Assembly (NCBI GenBank): GCA_963823665.1
Contig: CAWGMQ010000007.1
Coordinates: 32,001-96,000, forward strand
DNA: 64,000 bases
Origin: an uncultured Planctomycetota bacterium
GTDB lineage: Bacteria > Planctomycetota > Planctomycetia > Isosphaerales > Isosphaeraceae
Direction: 5' to 3'
The translations under genes were made by a program, and so were the position numbers. The notes under the pieces were generated by a model, which saw nothing but the letters and a program-made list of their open reading frames with translations, did no database searches and had not been told where the DNA came from. Shown here piece after piece: positions 32,085 through 42,791 of the stretch (positions are counted from its first letter, which is position 1; every line of letters begins with the position of its first letter).

Positions 32085-33639
32085 TGTACCGCAGCAGCGC
32101 AAGTCTTAACGATGAGCAAGCCACGCAAGCATCACACCGCAGTTGAGAAAGTCGCCATCCTGCGACGCCATCTCATTGAGCGTATCCCCGTCTCTGATCT
32201 TTGCGATCAGTACGACATCCAGCCATCGATGTTCTACAACTGGCAGAAACAGTTGTTCGAGAACGGGGCCGCAGCCTTTGGGCAGACTCGCTCGGCACCG
32301 GAGAAGCACCAGGAGCGCAGAATCGCTGCTCTTCAGGATAAACTGCAGCGCAAGAACGAGGTCGTGTCCGAGCTGCTGGAAGAGCATGTCAAACTAAAAA
32401 AAGTTCTTGGGGAGCTCTGACCGGAGCCTGGGTTCCCCACGACACTCGTGACCAGATCGTCGACTACGTTCGCTATTGGTCGGACCGGACGGAAATCCCG
32501 GCCAAGCAAATCGTCCAGTGGATCGGTTTCAGCCTGAGCAAGTTCCACGACTGGCGAAAACGTTACGGCAAAGTCAACGAGCACAACGGTTGGATTCCCC
32601 GCGATTGGTGGCTCGAAGACTGGGAAAAGCAGGCGATCATCGAGTTTCACGACAAGAATCCGCTTGAGGGTTACCGCAGGCTTACGTTCATGATGCTCGA
32701 TGCCGACGTTGTTGCGACCAGCCCTTCCAGCGTGTACCGAGTGCTCAGTGACGCCGGTCTAATGAACCGCCACAACACCAAGCCTTCGCTCAAAGGAACG
32801 GGGTTCCAGCAACCGCTCGGTCCGCACGAGCACTGGCACATCGACATTGCCTATATCAACGTCCTCGGCACCTTTTTCTTCCTTTGCAGTTTGCTCGATG
32901 GCTACAGCCGGTCGATCGTGCACTGGGAGATCCGGCCCAAGATGGAAGAAGGCGACGTCGAAACAATTATCCAGCGAGCTCTCGAGCAATATCCCGGGGT
33001 ATCTCCCCGGATCATCAGCGACAACGGACCTCAGTTCATTGCTCGAGATTTCAAGGAATTCATCCGCATCTGCGGTATGGCGCACGTGAGAACCTCACCG
33101 TACTATCCCCAGAGTAATGGCAAGATCGAGCGATGGCATCGTTCGATCAAGTCAGAATGCATTCGTCCGGGAACACCTCTTTCAGTGGAGGATGCCATCC
33201 GCTTGGTCGAGGGCTATGTGCGGCACTACAACGAGGTGCGGCTTCATAGTGCAATCGGCTACGTAACACCACTGGCCAAGATGTGCGGTCAAGACAAGCA
33301 GATCTTTGCTGACCGAGATCGCAAACTCGAGGCGGCAAGGAGTCGCCGAAAAGAAGTCCGTGCCCAGCAGCGTCAGGTCGGTTGACGAAGGGCGCAGCAG
33401 TTGTCAGCCTCATCGAATGGATCTACGATGGCCGATGGCCTGGGCGGAGGATAGGGCTCCGTGGCGACACGACGTGAGCGCCGTCCCAGGGACCAAGACC
33501 GAGGGAAGGGCGGCAGGAAGCCGCCCCTCACCTCAGCTTCGGGATTGGTACTGATGCGCTAAATCGTTCCACTCAATCGTTTCTCCACCAGTAGCTAACG
33601 ACGCAATCCGGGAATTCCATTTCACGCTGAACCATTACA
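32085..33639 (+). mobile_element. IS3-family insertion sequence
   Basis: TGTA...TACA ends with weak IR (TGTAccgcagCAGCG / CGCTGaaccatTACA); orfA/orfB with an A7G slippery site. No target duplication seen, so ends are tentative. Confidence 0.75.
32112..33385 (+). CDS. IS3-family transposase OrfAB (programmed -1 frameshift)
   Basis: OrfA HTH 32112..32420; AAAAAAAG at 32396-32403; OrfB WHIDIAY, IISDNGPQF, YYPQSNGKIERWHRSIKSE, YNEVRLHSAIGYVTP. Confidence 0.93.
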
Positions 33640-33819
33640 GGCTTTCGGGATGCCCAATTCCCTCATGCGCCGCTTGGCGTAGGATTGGCCCACATCCCGC
33701 CATTCGCGGGCAAACTGGCTCGCATGATCGGCGATATTTGCGGGTCTGCCGGTCAGCCCGCGAGCGGACGGAGGCAGGCCGATCATCCCGGGTGGGTCGT
33801 TTGGCGGTTTGTCAGGCAT
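33640..33819 (-). pseudogene. N-terminal fragment of a hypothetical gene cut by IS3
   Basis: MPDKPPNDPPG...IADHASQFAREWRDVGQSYAKRRMRELGIPK runs straight into the IS3 right end. Confidence 0.4.
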
Positions 33820-33831
33820 GGGCGAAGTCTA

Positions 33832-35053
33832 GTGCCCCGTCCAATCTAAATCTTGGGATTGCCAAGAGCGTCGGTTTTGGAGAACTTCCGCAGTTACAAG
33901 GAGGTTCCCATGAACAAAAAGTATATTGTTCGGCTCACGGACGAGGAACGCGCAATCCGCGAAGTGACGGTCAAGAACGAGAAAGGTAAGTCGGAGAAAC
34001 TGCGGAGAGCGGTGATCTTGCTCAAGGCGGACATGGACGGTCCGGGTTGGAATGACGAGAAGATCAGCGAGGCCGTGGGCTGTCGAATTCGGACCGTGGA
34101 GAACGTGCGTCGGGAGTTCGTTCTGGAAGGCTTCGAGGCCGCCCTGGTGCGCAAGAAACGGACGACGTCTCCCACTCCCAAGTTGCTGGACGGAGCCGCC
34201 GAGGCGAAACTGATCGCCCTGCGGTTGGGGAAGCCGCCAGCCGGCTATGGCCATTGGACGCTACGATTGCTCGCCGACCAACTGGTGGAACTGGAGATCG
34301 TGGAATCCATCAGTCCCGAAACGGTCCGGCAGACACTCAAAAAAACGGCATGACCAAGCGAAAGATCGAGTATTGGGTGATCCCTCCCGATGCAGACGGC
34401 GAGTTCGTCGCGCACATGGAGGAGGTGCTGGAGACCTACGAAAAAGCCCACGATCCCGACTGCCCGGTGGTATGCATGGACGAGCAGCCCGTGCAACTGA
34501 TTGGCGAGACGCGCGTGCCGATTCCCGCGACCAAAGAGCACCCCGAGCGCGTCGACTACGAATACGAACGCAAGGGGACGGCAAGCATCTTCATGTTCGC
34601 CGAACCGCTGTCAGGCTTCCGGCAAGCGACGGCGCGACCGCACCGCACCAAAGACGATTGGGCTCACGAAGTCGCCCAATTACTCGACACTCGGTACGCG
34701 AATACGCCGCGAATCACGCTGGTCTGCGACAACCTGAACACGCATACGAAAGGGGCGTTCTACGAAGCGTTCCCTCCCGAGAAAGCCCGCGAGTACGTGC
34801 GACGGATCAACTTCGTCTACACCCCCAAGCACGGCAGTTGGCTCAACGTGGCGGAATGCGAACTGAGTTGCATGACCAGCCAATGCCTGTCCGACCGCCG
34901 TATCGGCGACATCGTGACGCTGCAATCGGAAATAGCCGCCTGGGCCGCTCGAACAAACATCAAGCAACGGGCCGTCGACTGGCAATTTACTATCGAGAAG
35001 GCACGCATCAAACTGAAGCGGCTTTACCCGAAAATTTAGATTGGACGAGGCAC
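33832..35053 (+). mobile_element. IS630-family insertion sequence
   Basis: IRs GTGCCCCGTCCAATCTAAAT / ATTTAGATTGGACGAGGCAC; TA duplicated at 33830-33831 and 35054-35055 within a CTAG target. Confidence 0.93.
33910..35039 (+). CDS. IS630 transposase (-1 frameshift at A7, 34339-34345)
   Basis: HTH orf ends TVRQTLKK; DDE orf CMDEQP, LVCDNLNTH, TPKHGSWLNVAECEL. Confidence 0.93.
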
Positions 35054-35055
35054 TA

Positions 35056-35520
35056 GTCTCAAGTCCGACATCAACCCTCTCGAACTCCTCATGGCCTATG
35101 AACCATCCGGGGTCGTCTGCTACTTCAGCGCCTTAGCCTTTCACTCTCTGACCTCCCAGATGCCGAGCCACCATCATGTCGCTCTCCTTACAGTGCCCTC
35201 ACGGATGGGAGGCGCCAAGGAGGTAAGGCAGGACGAAAAGGAAGAAGTGCTGCGTCAAGAGACGGTTGCCAAAAAGCCGGATACTGATAAGACGACAAGG
35301 AGCAAGGCCAACCCACTCGGAAAAGTCATATTCTCACTCTTGGATATTCCTTATTATTTGACGCGCCGCACGAAACGCCTCGTGCCCGGCGTGCAGAACA
35401 GAAGCAACGGGCCGAGAAGCCAGTTCCGCATCACAACTTACGAACAGACCCTTCTCGATACACTCTACAGACCGCAAAAAAGCGGTGGCCCGGCTGTTGT
35501 TCTTAAGGCTTGGCTCGAAT
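35056..35520 (+). pseudogene. AbiEi-like (type IV TA) antitoxin remnant
   Basis: INPLELLMAYEPSGVVCYFSALAFHSLTSQMP and FRITTYEQTLLDTLYRPQKSGG are AbiEi-type motifs; both ends missing. Confidence 0.7.
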
Positions 35521-36079
35521 CTGATCAAGAAATTCGTGGACAAACACCCTGATCGCGAGGAACAAAGGCGCTATCTCGAAGACCACCTGAAGCGCGCCAT
35601 ACACCATCATTTCGATACGCATGATCCCGTCAGGTTTGAACTCAAGGACTTGGCGGTGAAGATTTACCCTCCAAAGTCGCACCCAATGGGATGGGACGCA
35701 TTCAAAGTCAGGCTCAAGGTGGATGATCTAACCAAGGCCGGCGTAAAATCATTGCCACGCATCGACATCGACGTCGCGGCCCCGGAGGAGTTGCTGGAAT
35801 CGTCGATCTCGCCAGTGGTCATTGGCGAGCACCAAGCTTTTGCGTATACGCTGGAGAGAATCGCAGGCGAAAAGATGCGGGCATTCCTCAGTTCACTCCC
35901 CGCATACAGAGCCAAATCAAAGAAGCCAGGCGAATCAGAAAGACCGAACGATCCCTGGCGACATCAACATTGCTGAAGCACGCTCGACTCTGGAGACAAT
36001 CGTAGAGTACATGAAAGCGAACGGCACCATACCCTTCGAGCACCAACTGCCATCTCTGCCAGGGTCCGCGACACGCTGA
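35510..36079 (+). pseudogene. AbiEii-like nucleotidyltransferase toxin remnant
   Basis: RIDIDVA..E, AYTLERIAGEKMRA present; N-terminal KGG/SxDxD motifs and the RxKDxYD motif absent. Confidence 0.65.
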
Positions 36080-36350
36080 TCCCCGACCTCACGGCGGAGG
36101 CGTCCTCGGCTCAGCCCCGCCACTCCCCGCTCGTGGACGGAAAAAGCCTCGTTGAGGTCGCTAACCTGCCGGACACCGTCTTCATCGCAGCGCGGCCGTT
36201 TCGTTCATCGGCTCTTATACGCGCGATGCGACCCGCGCGTTCCAAGCCATCGCTCATTCTCACCCAAGTCCAGCCGGAGACTTATCGGTGATCGATGTCT
36301 AACGCTGTGCGACTGTGCGAGCGGCGGCGGCCTTCGTCGGCGCGTCAGCT

Positions 36351-36722
36351 TCATATTATGTCGTATTGAAGCCTGACCATCTCACGAGCTGAACCCAACA
36401 ACCGCGCCGTTTCATTTGCGAAATTGCGATGGGAGATGACGTTGTCCCTTACCGTTCCCGCGACCTGGATCTCAATCATCAAATAGGAAATGCCTTCAAT
36501 CTCTGGTTCCTGAACGAGTCTGACAGACGGACCGCAAACAATCGAGAAATGCTTCTGCGCCGAATCAATAGCCGCGCCCAATTCAGAGACGATCCCCTTG
36601 GAACGACAGAACTCGAGCGCCTCCGGCGAACTATGCGCGGCACCCACGACAGACTCGTCAGCGAGTTGGCTGACCGTCAACGGACGACCAACAAATCCAG
36701 CCAAGGTCAATGACCCCAACAA
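36351..36722 (-). CDS. Hypothetical protein abutting the tRNA 3' end (start uncertain)
   Basis: EALEFCRSKGIVSELGAAIDSAQKHF...VRLVQEPEIEGISYLMIEIQV; lower GC than flanks. Confidence 0.55.
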   Translation of the reverse strand: MLGSLTLAGFVGRPLTVSQLADESVVGAAHSSPEALEFCRSKGIVSELGAAIDSAQKHFSIVCGPSVRLVQEPEIEGISYLMIEIQVAGTVRDNVISHRNFANETARLLGSAREMVRLQYDII

Positions 36723-36796
36723 TGGGCGATAGAGGACTCGAACCTCTGACCTCCTGCGTGTCGAGCAGGCGTTCTAGCCAACTGAACTAATCGCCC
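36723..36796 (-). tRNA. tRNA-Val(GAC)
   Basis: GGGCGATTAGTTCAGTTGGCTAGAACGCCTGCTC-GAC-ACGCAGGAGGTCAGAGGTTCGAGTCCTCTATCGCCCA forms a full cloverleaf; CCA not encoded. Confidence 0.97.
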
Positions 36797-36888
36797 GGAT
36801 ACTTGATGACCTAGTCTACCCTGAAAACAAAGACCCCCTCAAGCCATAACAAGTTCGAGCTGCCCAGCAAACAATCCACTTCCCCAGG

Positions 36889-37449
36889 TCAAACCTCCAT
36901 GATCTCCGCCGACTTCTTATCAGCCATTTCATTCACCTTGTTCTCAAACTTCTTGGTCAAAGCCTGAACCTCGTCCTTGCAAGTTTTGACGTCGTCTTCC
37001 GTCAGAGTTTTCTCGGTTTGCTCGACGTCAGCCTGTTTGTTCGCATCGCGGCGGATGTTTCGGATCGCCACTCGCGCCTCCTCGGCCAGGTCCTTCACAC
37101 GCCCCGCCAGTTTCTTGCGCTGTTCGACCGAGAGCGGCGGCACGTTCAGACGCACCACCTTGCCGTCGGAGTTGGGAGATAATCCCAGGTCGCTCGTCTG
37201 GATCGCCTTCACGATGTCGCCGATGACCGAGGGATCAAAAGGACGGATCAAGATCTGCTGGGGCTCAGGCGTGCTCAAGTTGGCCATCTGCTTGAGCGGG
37301 GTCGAAGAGCCGTAGTAATCGACACGAACCGACTCGACCAGCCCGACATTCGCTCGCCCGGTGCGAACGCCGCGGAACTGATCGGCCAGAAGCGTCACGC
37401 TCTTCTCCATCCGCTCTTCCGCTTCGAATGTGATTTCCTCGATGCTCAT
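36889..37449 (-). CDS. frr: Ribosome recycling factor
   Basis: VRTGRANVGLVESVRVDYYG..PLKQMA; EEARVAIRNIRRDAN. Confidence 0.97.
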   Translation of the reverse strand: MSIEEITFEAEERMEKSVTLLADQFRGVRTGRANVGLVESVRVDYYGSSTPLKQMANLSTPEPQQILIRPFDPSVIGDIVKAIQTSDLGLSPNSDGKVVRLNVPPLSVEQRKKLAGRVKDLAEEARVAIRNIRRDANKQADVEQTEKTLTEDDVKTCKDEVQALTKKFENKVNEMADKKSAEIMEV

Positions 37450-37699
37450 CGTTCGTGCCTTCTCATGCATGGGCCCCCAAGTCGGACCCGGCCCGGTCGG
37501 GCTCGCTCGAGGTCGAAGATCCATTCCCCCCGCGCCATCATAACATGGACCTGCCTAACGGCGATGGGTTTTCCCTGGCCTGTTGAAACCTTGCAGACTA
37601 AGGAGCGGCGATTTCCCGCCGCGAATGTCGCACCAAGTTTCAACCTGGAGAACGGGAGGCATTCGGTCGGCCGTTTATGGAGATTCGATCGACCGCACC

Positions 37700-37777
37700 A
37701 CTCCGACTCCTGCTCGTACTCCTACTCTTAATCTTAATCTCAATCTTACTCTTACTCGTACTCTTACTCGTACTCTC
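37700..37777 (+). repeat. Mixed hexamer microsatellite, 13 units, between pyrH and frr
   Basis: ACTCCG ACTCCT GCTCGT ACTCCT ACTCTT AATCTT AATCTC AATCTT ACTCTT ACTCGT ACTCTT ACTCGT ACTCTC. Confidence 0.9.
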
Positions 37778-37796
37778 GTTCTACGTCGCTTTCCAA

Positions 37797-38575
37797 TCAG
37801 GCCGGGCCTGCCTGCGGAACTGGTCTGGGCCGGTTGCTGTTGCTGACCCACGTGCCAATCGCCTCGCCGGCGATCGCTCGCTCGATGTTCCCTTCTTTCT
37901 TGAAATTGAACACCAGGATCGGTAGCTCGTTTTCCATGCACATGCCAATCGCCGTCATGTCCATCACTTTCAACTCGTCGCGCATCACCTGGTCGAACGT
38001 CAGTTGCTCATACAGCATCGCGTGTGGGTTCTTTTCGGGGTCGGCGGAATAAACACCGTCGACGCGTGTGGCCTTGAGCAACACGTCGACCCCGAGCTCC
38101 TTGCCGCGCAATGCGGCGGCGGTATCGGTGGTGACAAACGGGCTGCCCGTCCCGGTGGCGAGAATCACCACGCGGCCCTGCTCGAGGTGAGAAAGCGCGC
38201 GCCGGCGGATGAACGGCTCCGCAACTTCCTCCATGCGGATAGTGGTCAAGAGCCGGGTGGCGCACCCTTCATGTTCCAGGGCGTCCTGGAGCGCAAGACC
38301 GTTGATCACCGTTGCGGTCATCCCCATGTAATGGGCGGTTGCCTCCTTGATCACGTCAGAGCCGCGTGAAAGCTGCGCCCGCGCAGGATGTTTCCGCCCC
38401 CCACCACGATGGCGAGCTGGACCTTGCTCGCCGCCACGCGGGCAGCCTGGCGCGCAATCTTGCTGATCTCGTCCAGGCTCAGGCCTCCCTGGCCGGGCCG
38501 GCAGAAACTCTCGCCCGAGAGCTTGAGCATCACGCGGCGAAAAACAGGCTGATCGGCCGATGGGCTGGTTTCCAT
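37797..38575 (-). CDS. pyrH: Uridylate kinase (frameshift near 38380)
   Basis: [22 protein letters not shown], then [48 protein letters not shown]. Confidence 0.95.
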
Positions 38576-38614
38576 GAAGCACTTGTCCTGCAAGAAGAGC
38601 GCACGAAGGCCGGC

Positions 38615-39211
38615 TTATCGCCCCTCGCCGAGCACGAACCGGGCGAACCGGGCGACCGAGATATTCTCGCCCGTGCGGGCATTCACGGCCATGATCACGT
38701 CGCGGACGGACTTCGTATCGTCCTTGACAAACTTCTGGTCGAGCAGGACCGTCTCGCCGAACCACGCGTTCAGCTTGCCCTCGGCGATCTTTTCCTGCAT
38801 CTGGAGCGGCTTCTCGCTCACCTGCGATATGTAAATTCGTTTTTGTTCGTCGACGATGTCCGCCGGCACATCTTCACGGCGAACATACTGCGGGTTCGTC
38901 GCCATGATATGGATCGCCAGATCCTTGGCAAGCTGCTTGAACTCATCGTTGCGCGCCACGAAATCGGTTTCGCAGTTCAGCTCGACCAAGGTGCCCGATT
39001 TGGCATCGTGGTGGATGTAAACCTCCACGCGCCCGGCCTTGGCGGCCCTGCCGGCGCGCAGTTCGGCCTGCTTGAGGCCCCGCTCCTTGGCGAGCGTTTC
39101 CGCCTTGGCGACGTCTCCATCAGCCTCTTTGAGCAGTGCCTTGCACTCCATCAGTCCCAGACCGGTCTTCTTGCGAAACTCATTCACGGCGCCAGCGGTG
39201 ATTTCGGCCAT
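38615..39211 (-). CDS. tsf: Elongation factor Ts (short form, 198 aa)
   Basis: [44 protein letters not shown]. Confidence 0.97.
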   Translation of the reverse strand: MAEITAGAVNEFRKKTGLGLMECKALLKEADGDVAKAETLAKERGLKQAELRAGRAAKAGRVEVYIHHDAKSGTLVELNCETDFVARNDEFKQLAKDLAIHIMATNPQYVRREDVPADIVDEQKRIYISQVSEKPLQMQEKIAEGKLNAWFGETVLLDQKFVKDDTKSVRDVIMAVNARTGENISVARFARFVLGEGR

Positions 39212-39428
39212 CGGCGTCACTCCTCGTTCTCGTACGGACGGTCGGCTGGCTGCGTTGTCAGGCTGCGCCACCCGTCCATGAAAAGCCCTTACCCTGTGTA
39301 AGATGCCGGAATTCTCGATAGGTTCACCGAGCCCGGCCCGGACAAGCCAGGTAGGCCCGGATCAATTAACTCGACTCGGTAACTCGCGACAACCTCGGCA
39401 CGCTTGTCCGCGCCGGGCATCGCTCGGA

Positions 39429-40382
39429 TCATGCTTCCCCTGGCTCGCTCGATACGGCCGCCGGCTCCTCGGGGATGGCTCGTGGGGCGTCAAATACTTC
39501 AGATGGAGGCAGTGCCTCGGTCTCCTCGCCCACGACCGCTTTCGTTTCTGGATCGCGCTGCTTGACGGCCCCGCGGATGCCTTCGCCGCGGCCCGATCCC
39601 CGCCGCCGCTGCTGGCCGCCGCCACCGCCGCCGCCACCACCACCGCCACCACCCGGGCCGCGTTGTTGCGGCGGCTCGGCACTGGGCGCTGGCTCCGAAG
39701 GCGCTGCGGCCCGGCCGTCCCGGATGGCGTCGGTCAGCAAACTGACCACCAGCTCGATCGAACGCATGCTGTCGTCGTTGCCCGGAATGGGCAGGTCGAT
39801 CATGTCGGGGTCGCAGTCCGTGTCGAGCAGCGCGACAACCTTGATGCCCAGCTTCCGCGCCTCGGCAACCGCGATATGCTCGCGGCGCGGGTCGATCACG
39901 AGCAGGGCTTCCGGAAGCCGGTTCATGTGTCGGATTCCGCTCAGGTTTCGCTCGATCTTCCGCCGCTCCCGGTTCAGCGTGGAAATCATTTTCTTGGAAT
40001 ACGAGAGGGCCTGCTCGCCGTCGAGGGTGTTTTCCAGCTCCTCGAGCCGTTCGAGCCGGCTGCGGATTGTCCGAAAATTGGTGAGCGTCCCGCCCAGCCA
40101 GCGCTCCGTCACGTAAGGCATTCCCGACCGGTTGCATTGCTCGATCAACGTATCGGCAGCCTGGCGCTTGGTCCCGACAAACAGAATCAGCCCGTTGGAG
40201 GAGGCAACCCGATTGAAAAACTTGTTGGCGCGTAAGAGACCACGCACGGTCTCTTTCAAATCAATGATATGAATCAAGTTGCGTTTGCCGTAAATGTACG
40301 GCTTCATCTTGGGGTTCCAGCGGCTGACGCGATGGCCGTAATGAACCCCCGCTTCGATCAGGTCCTTGACGACGAGCGGCAC
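39429..40382 (-). CDS. rpsB: 30S ribosomal protein S2
   Basis: [53 protein letters not shown]. Confidence 0.97.
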   Translation of the reverse strand: MPLVVKDLIEAGVHYGHRVSRWNPKMKPYIYGKRNLIHIIDLKETVRGLLRANKFFNRVASSNGLILFVGTKRQAADTLIEQCNRSGMPYVTERWLGGTLTNFRTIRSRLERLEELENTLDGEQALSYSKKMISTLNRERRKIERNLSGIRHMNRLPEALLVIDPRREHIAVAEARKLGIKVVALLDTDCDPDMIDLPIPGNDDSMRSIELVVSLLTDAIRDGRAAAPSEPAPSAEPPQQRGPGGGGGGGGGGGGGQQRRRGSGRGEGIRGAVKQRDPETKAVVGEETEALPPSEVFDAPRAIPEEPAAVSSEPGEA

Positions 40383-40566
40383 GAAACACCCTCCGCTACG
40401 AGCAATAACAAATCCGGCCGAGATCCCCGGGCGTTGCGCGCGAGGCGACCTTGCATGAGGAAGACTTAAAGGACGAACGCACGAGAAGGCTACTTTATCG
40501 GCTTGTGATTCTGGCGTCAAATGGCGGTTGTGACATCCGACTTCGAATGAACCCCTTGAGAATGGA

Positions 40567-40594
40567 TTGACCGTATTGCAAATCGCTATACAAT
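40567..40594 (+). promoter_or_regulatory. sigma70-type promoter of the TA operon
   Basis: TTGACC-16 nt-TACAAT, then AGGAGG before ATG 40619. Confidence 0.6.
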
Positions 40595-40618
40595 TTACTC
40601 GAGAGAAAGGAGGCACTC

Positions 40619-40926
40619 ATGGCCAAGTCGCAGGCATCCCGATCGCGTAAGTCAACTCGCCGACCGACGAGCCCGCTCATGGTGCGCCTGGACGCGGAGA
40701 GCAAGGCGTGCCTCGCCGCCGCCGCCGAGCTTCGGCGGATCAGCGTGAGTGATTACATTCGAATTGTCACTCTGGCGCAGGCGCGCGGGAAGTTGACTCG
40801 GCCCGCGAACAAACGATCCGACTCTCTCCGGACGAGCAGGTCGCTTTCTGGAACGCCCTGCGGCAACCGTCGAAACTGACTGCCGCGCAGCGCCAGCTCT
40901 CAGCGGTCATGCGGGGCGATGCTTGA
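40619..40926 (+). CDS. DUF1778 (TacA/AtaR-like) RHH antitoxin (frameshift near 40790)
   Basis: LMVRLDAESKACLAAAAELRRISVSDYIR, then EQTIRLSPDEQVAFWNALRQP..LTAAQRQL; stop overlaps the toxin start (TTGA). Confidence 0.85.
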
Positions 40927-41447
40927 ACAGCGTACGATTGCCGGCTGGATACCGTCTCGAACCGTTGCGGCGCGAGCATCCACGACGTTCATTCACAAGT
41001 GGTGAACAGCAGGTCGATGATTGGCTGGCAACGAAAGCTCTTCAGCATCAGAGCAAGCACCTTTCAGTGACCAAGGTGTTGCTTGATGAGATGGGAGCCA
41101 TTGCCGGCTACTTCACGCTGGCGACCGGCCAGGTGGATTTCGGTGATTTGCCCACCGAGCTGGCAAAGAGCTTGCCGCGCAGGCTCTTACCGGTCGCCGT
41201 TCTCGCGTGGCTCGGCATTGCAGCCGGGTATCAAGGGCAAGGGCTCGGACGCCTCTTACTCGCACAGGCCTTGAACGACTGCCATGAAGCCGGGAAAACC
41301 TTTGCATTCATCGCCATTGTCCTCAATTGCCTCAATGCTTCGGCCAAGGCCTTTTATCAGAAGTGGAATTTCCAAGAGCTTCCTGGCCATCCATACCGGT
41401 TGTTTCTAAGTGCCGAAAACCTGGACGCACTAGTCATGGATGCGTAG
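40923..41447 (+). CDS. GNAT acetyltransferase toxin (TacT/AtaT-like)
   Basis: HPRRSFTSGEQQVDDWL, IAGYFTL, PVAVLAWLGI..YQGQGLGRLLL, AKAFYQKWNF. Confidence 0.88.
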   Translation: MNSVRLPAGYRLEPLRREHPRRSFTSGEQQVDDWLATKALQHQSKHLSVTKVLLDEMGAIAGYFTLATGQVDFGDLPTELAKSLPRRLLPVAVLAWLGIAAGYQGQGLGRLLLAQALNDCHEAGKTFAFIAIVLNCLNASAKAFYQKWNFQELPGHPYRLFLSAENLDALVMDA

Positions 41448-41478
41448 AGTTCCGGTCCAAATCGCAGGCGCTGCGCGT

Positions 41479-42623
41479 TCAGGCGAGCCACCGCTCGAAC
41501 CAGGCAAACGCTTCGCGTTGCATCGCCAGATCAAACTTATGCGGCCCAGGATAGTACGAGGCCTTATAGCGGTCGGACGCTCCCGCCTTCGCGTAGACCT
41601 CTGCTAACATGCCATCGGCACGCCTCATTTCGCCGATCGTGAAGAGCTGATCTTCCGTGTCGTTGAGCACCAGAGTCGGCAGCGGCACTCGCAGCCCGAG
41701 GATCTCGGGATAATCGAGATCGTTCGGCAGACCAGGTATGTAAATCATCCAGGTGTGGGTGTGACATTTATTGAGCAGGTAGTCACGCCAAGTCGTCATC
41801 ATCCCGACGCAGCAGGCGCAGCGGATGCGCTCGTCCAGGCCGGCGAGGTACACCGTTCGAAGCCCACCGCCGGATAACCCGCCACAGCCCACCCGGGCCG
41901 GATCAACGTCGTCTCGAGAGCAGAGGTAATCGAGCGCGCGCTGGTCCTCCGCCGTGAATACACCCGGCCAGGTCGTCCCCGCGCAGAAAAGGCTCTTCGC
42001 CATCAGGCTCTCATGTCCATCGGCAAAGTGGTTATAGGCGTCGATTTCTTCCGGCGCCTCGGGGTTTTCTTCCTTAAGCTCTTTGCGAATCACGGGTGCC
42101 AGGTCGGCCGCGCGCACACGACGGCTGGCAAACGCAAAGGTGTCGTGCACCAGGACAATGAACCCGCGCTTGGCCAGCTCATTCGCCCAGCTCACGCCAC
42201 CGTAGTAGTCGTCGCGGTGCTTCTTCATCATCGGATGAAGATCGGCGCTCAACTGGGCAATCTTGCGCCAGCCGAAATACTTGTTGCCGCCGTGATCGTG
42301 CAGCCCGAGAACGGCCGGAAGCCGTCCCCGCGCACCCTTGGGCTTCAGCACAACCGCTTCCGTCGGCGGCCCGTAAGGAAGCTGCCAGCTCAGGTGCTCG
42401 ACGTGCAGCCCATCGTAGTCAAACTGATGCTGGACCTGCGCTTTCGGCGTCGGCCCGATAGAAGGCTGAAGCAAGCAATCGCCAACGCGCTGCCGCGCCG
42501 CTTGCGCCAGGCATCAATGTCGGCCGCGCGAACTCGCGCGTCGCGAAATGACAGCCGCGCCGGCCCTTCCCCAACCAATCCCGCCGCCCACGGGCCGTAA
42601 GCCCCGATCATGTTGGGTTCCAT
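41479..42623 (-). CDS. Alpha/beta hydrolase (dienelactone hydrolase/acetyl esterase-like; frameshift near 42490)
   Basis: PAVLGLHDHGG, RALDYL, nucleophile GLSGGG, YPGPHKFD. Confidence 0.85.
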
Positions 42624-42791
42624 TTGGACTCCAATCTCGACTTATTCAGTCGAAATACTTGAGATAGATTGCAGTGATGGCGACCTGGCGGTCGATCGAT
42701 AGTGTAGCCCTTGCAATTCCGTTTTGCGCGTCATCGTGTGTGAGAAAACGGAGCACCAGAACGATGTGGCGAGAACCGATTTTGGCCAGGC

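Noticed and set aside
32026..33610. 10-bp inverted match CCGGATTGCG / CGCAATCCGG as IS3 ends
   Set aside because: Lacks TG...CA termini; the TGTA/TACA ends fit the IS3 family better.
36723..36796. Prophage/ICE att duplication of the tRNA 3' end
   Set aside because: No second copy and no integrase noticed in the window by eye.
38360..38400. Programmed frameshift in pyrH
   Set aside because: No slippery heptamer; same pattern as many other small-indel breaks; assembly error is simpler.
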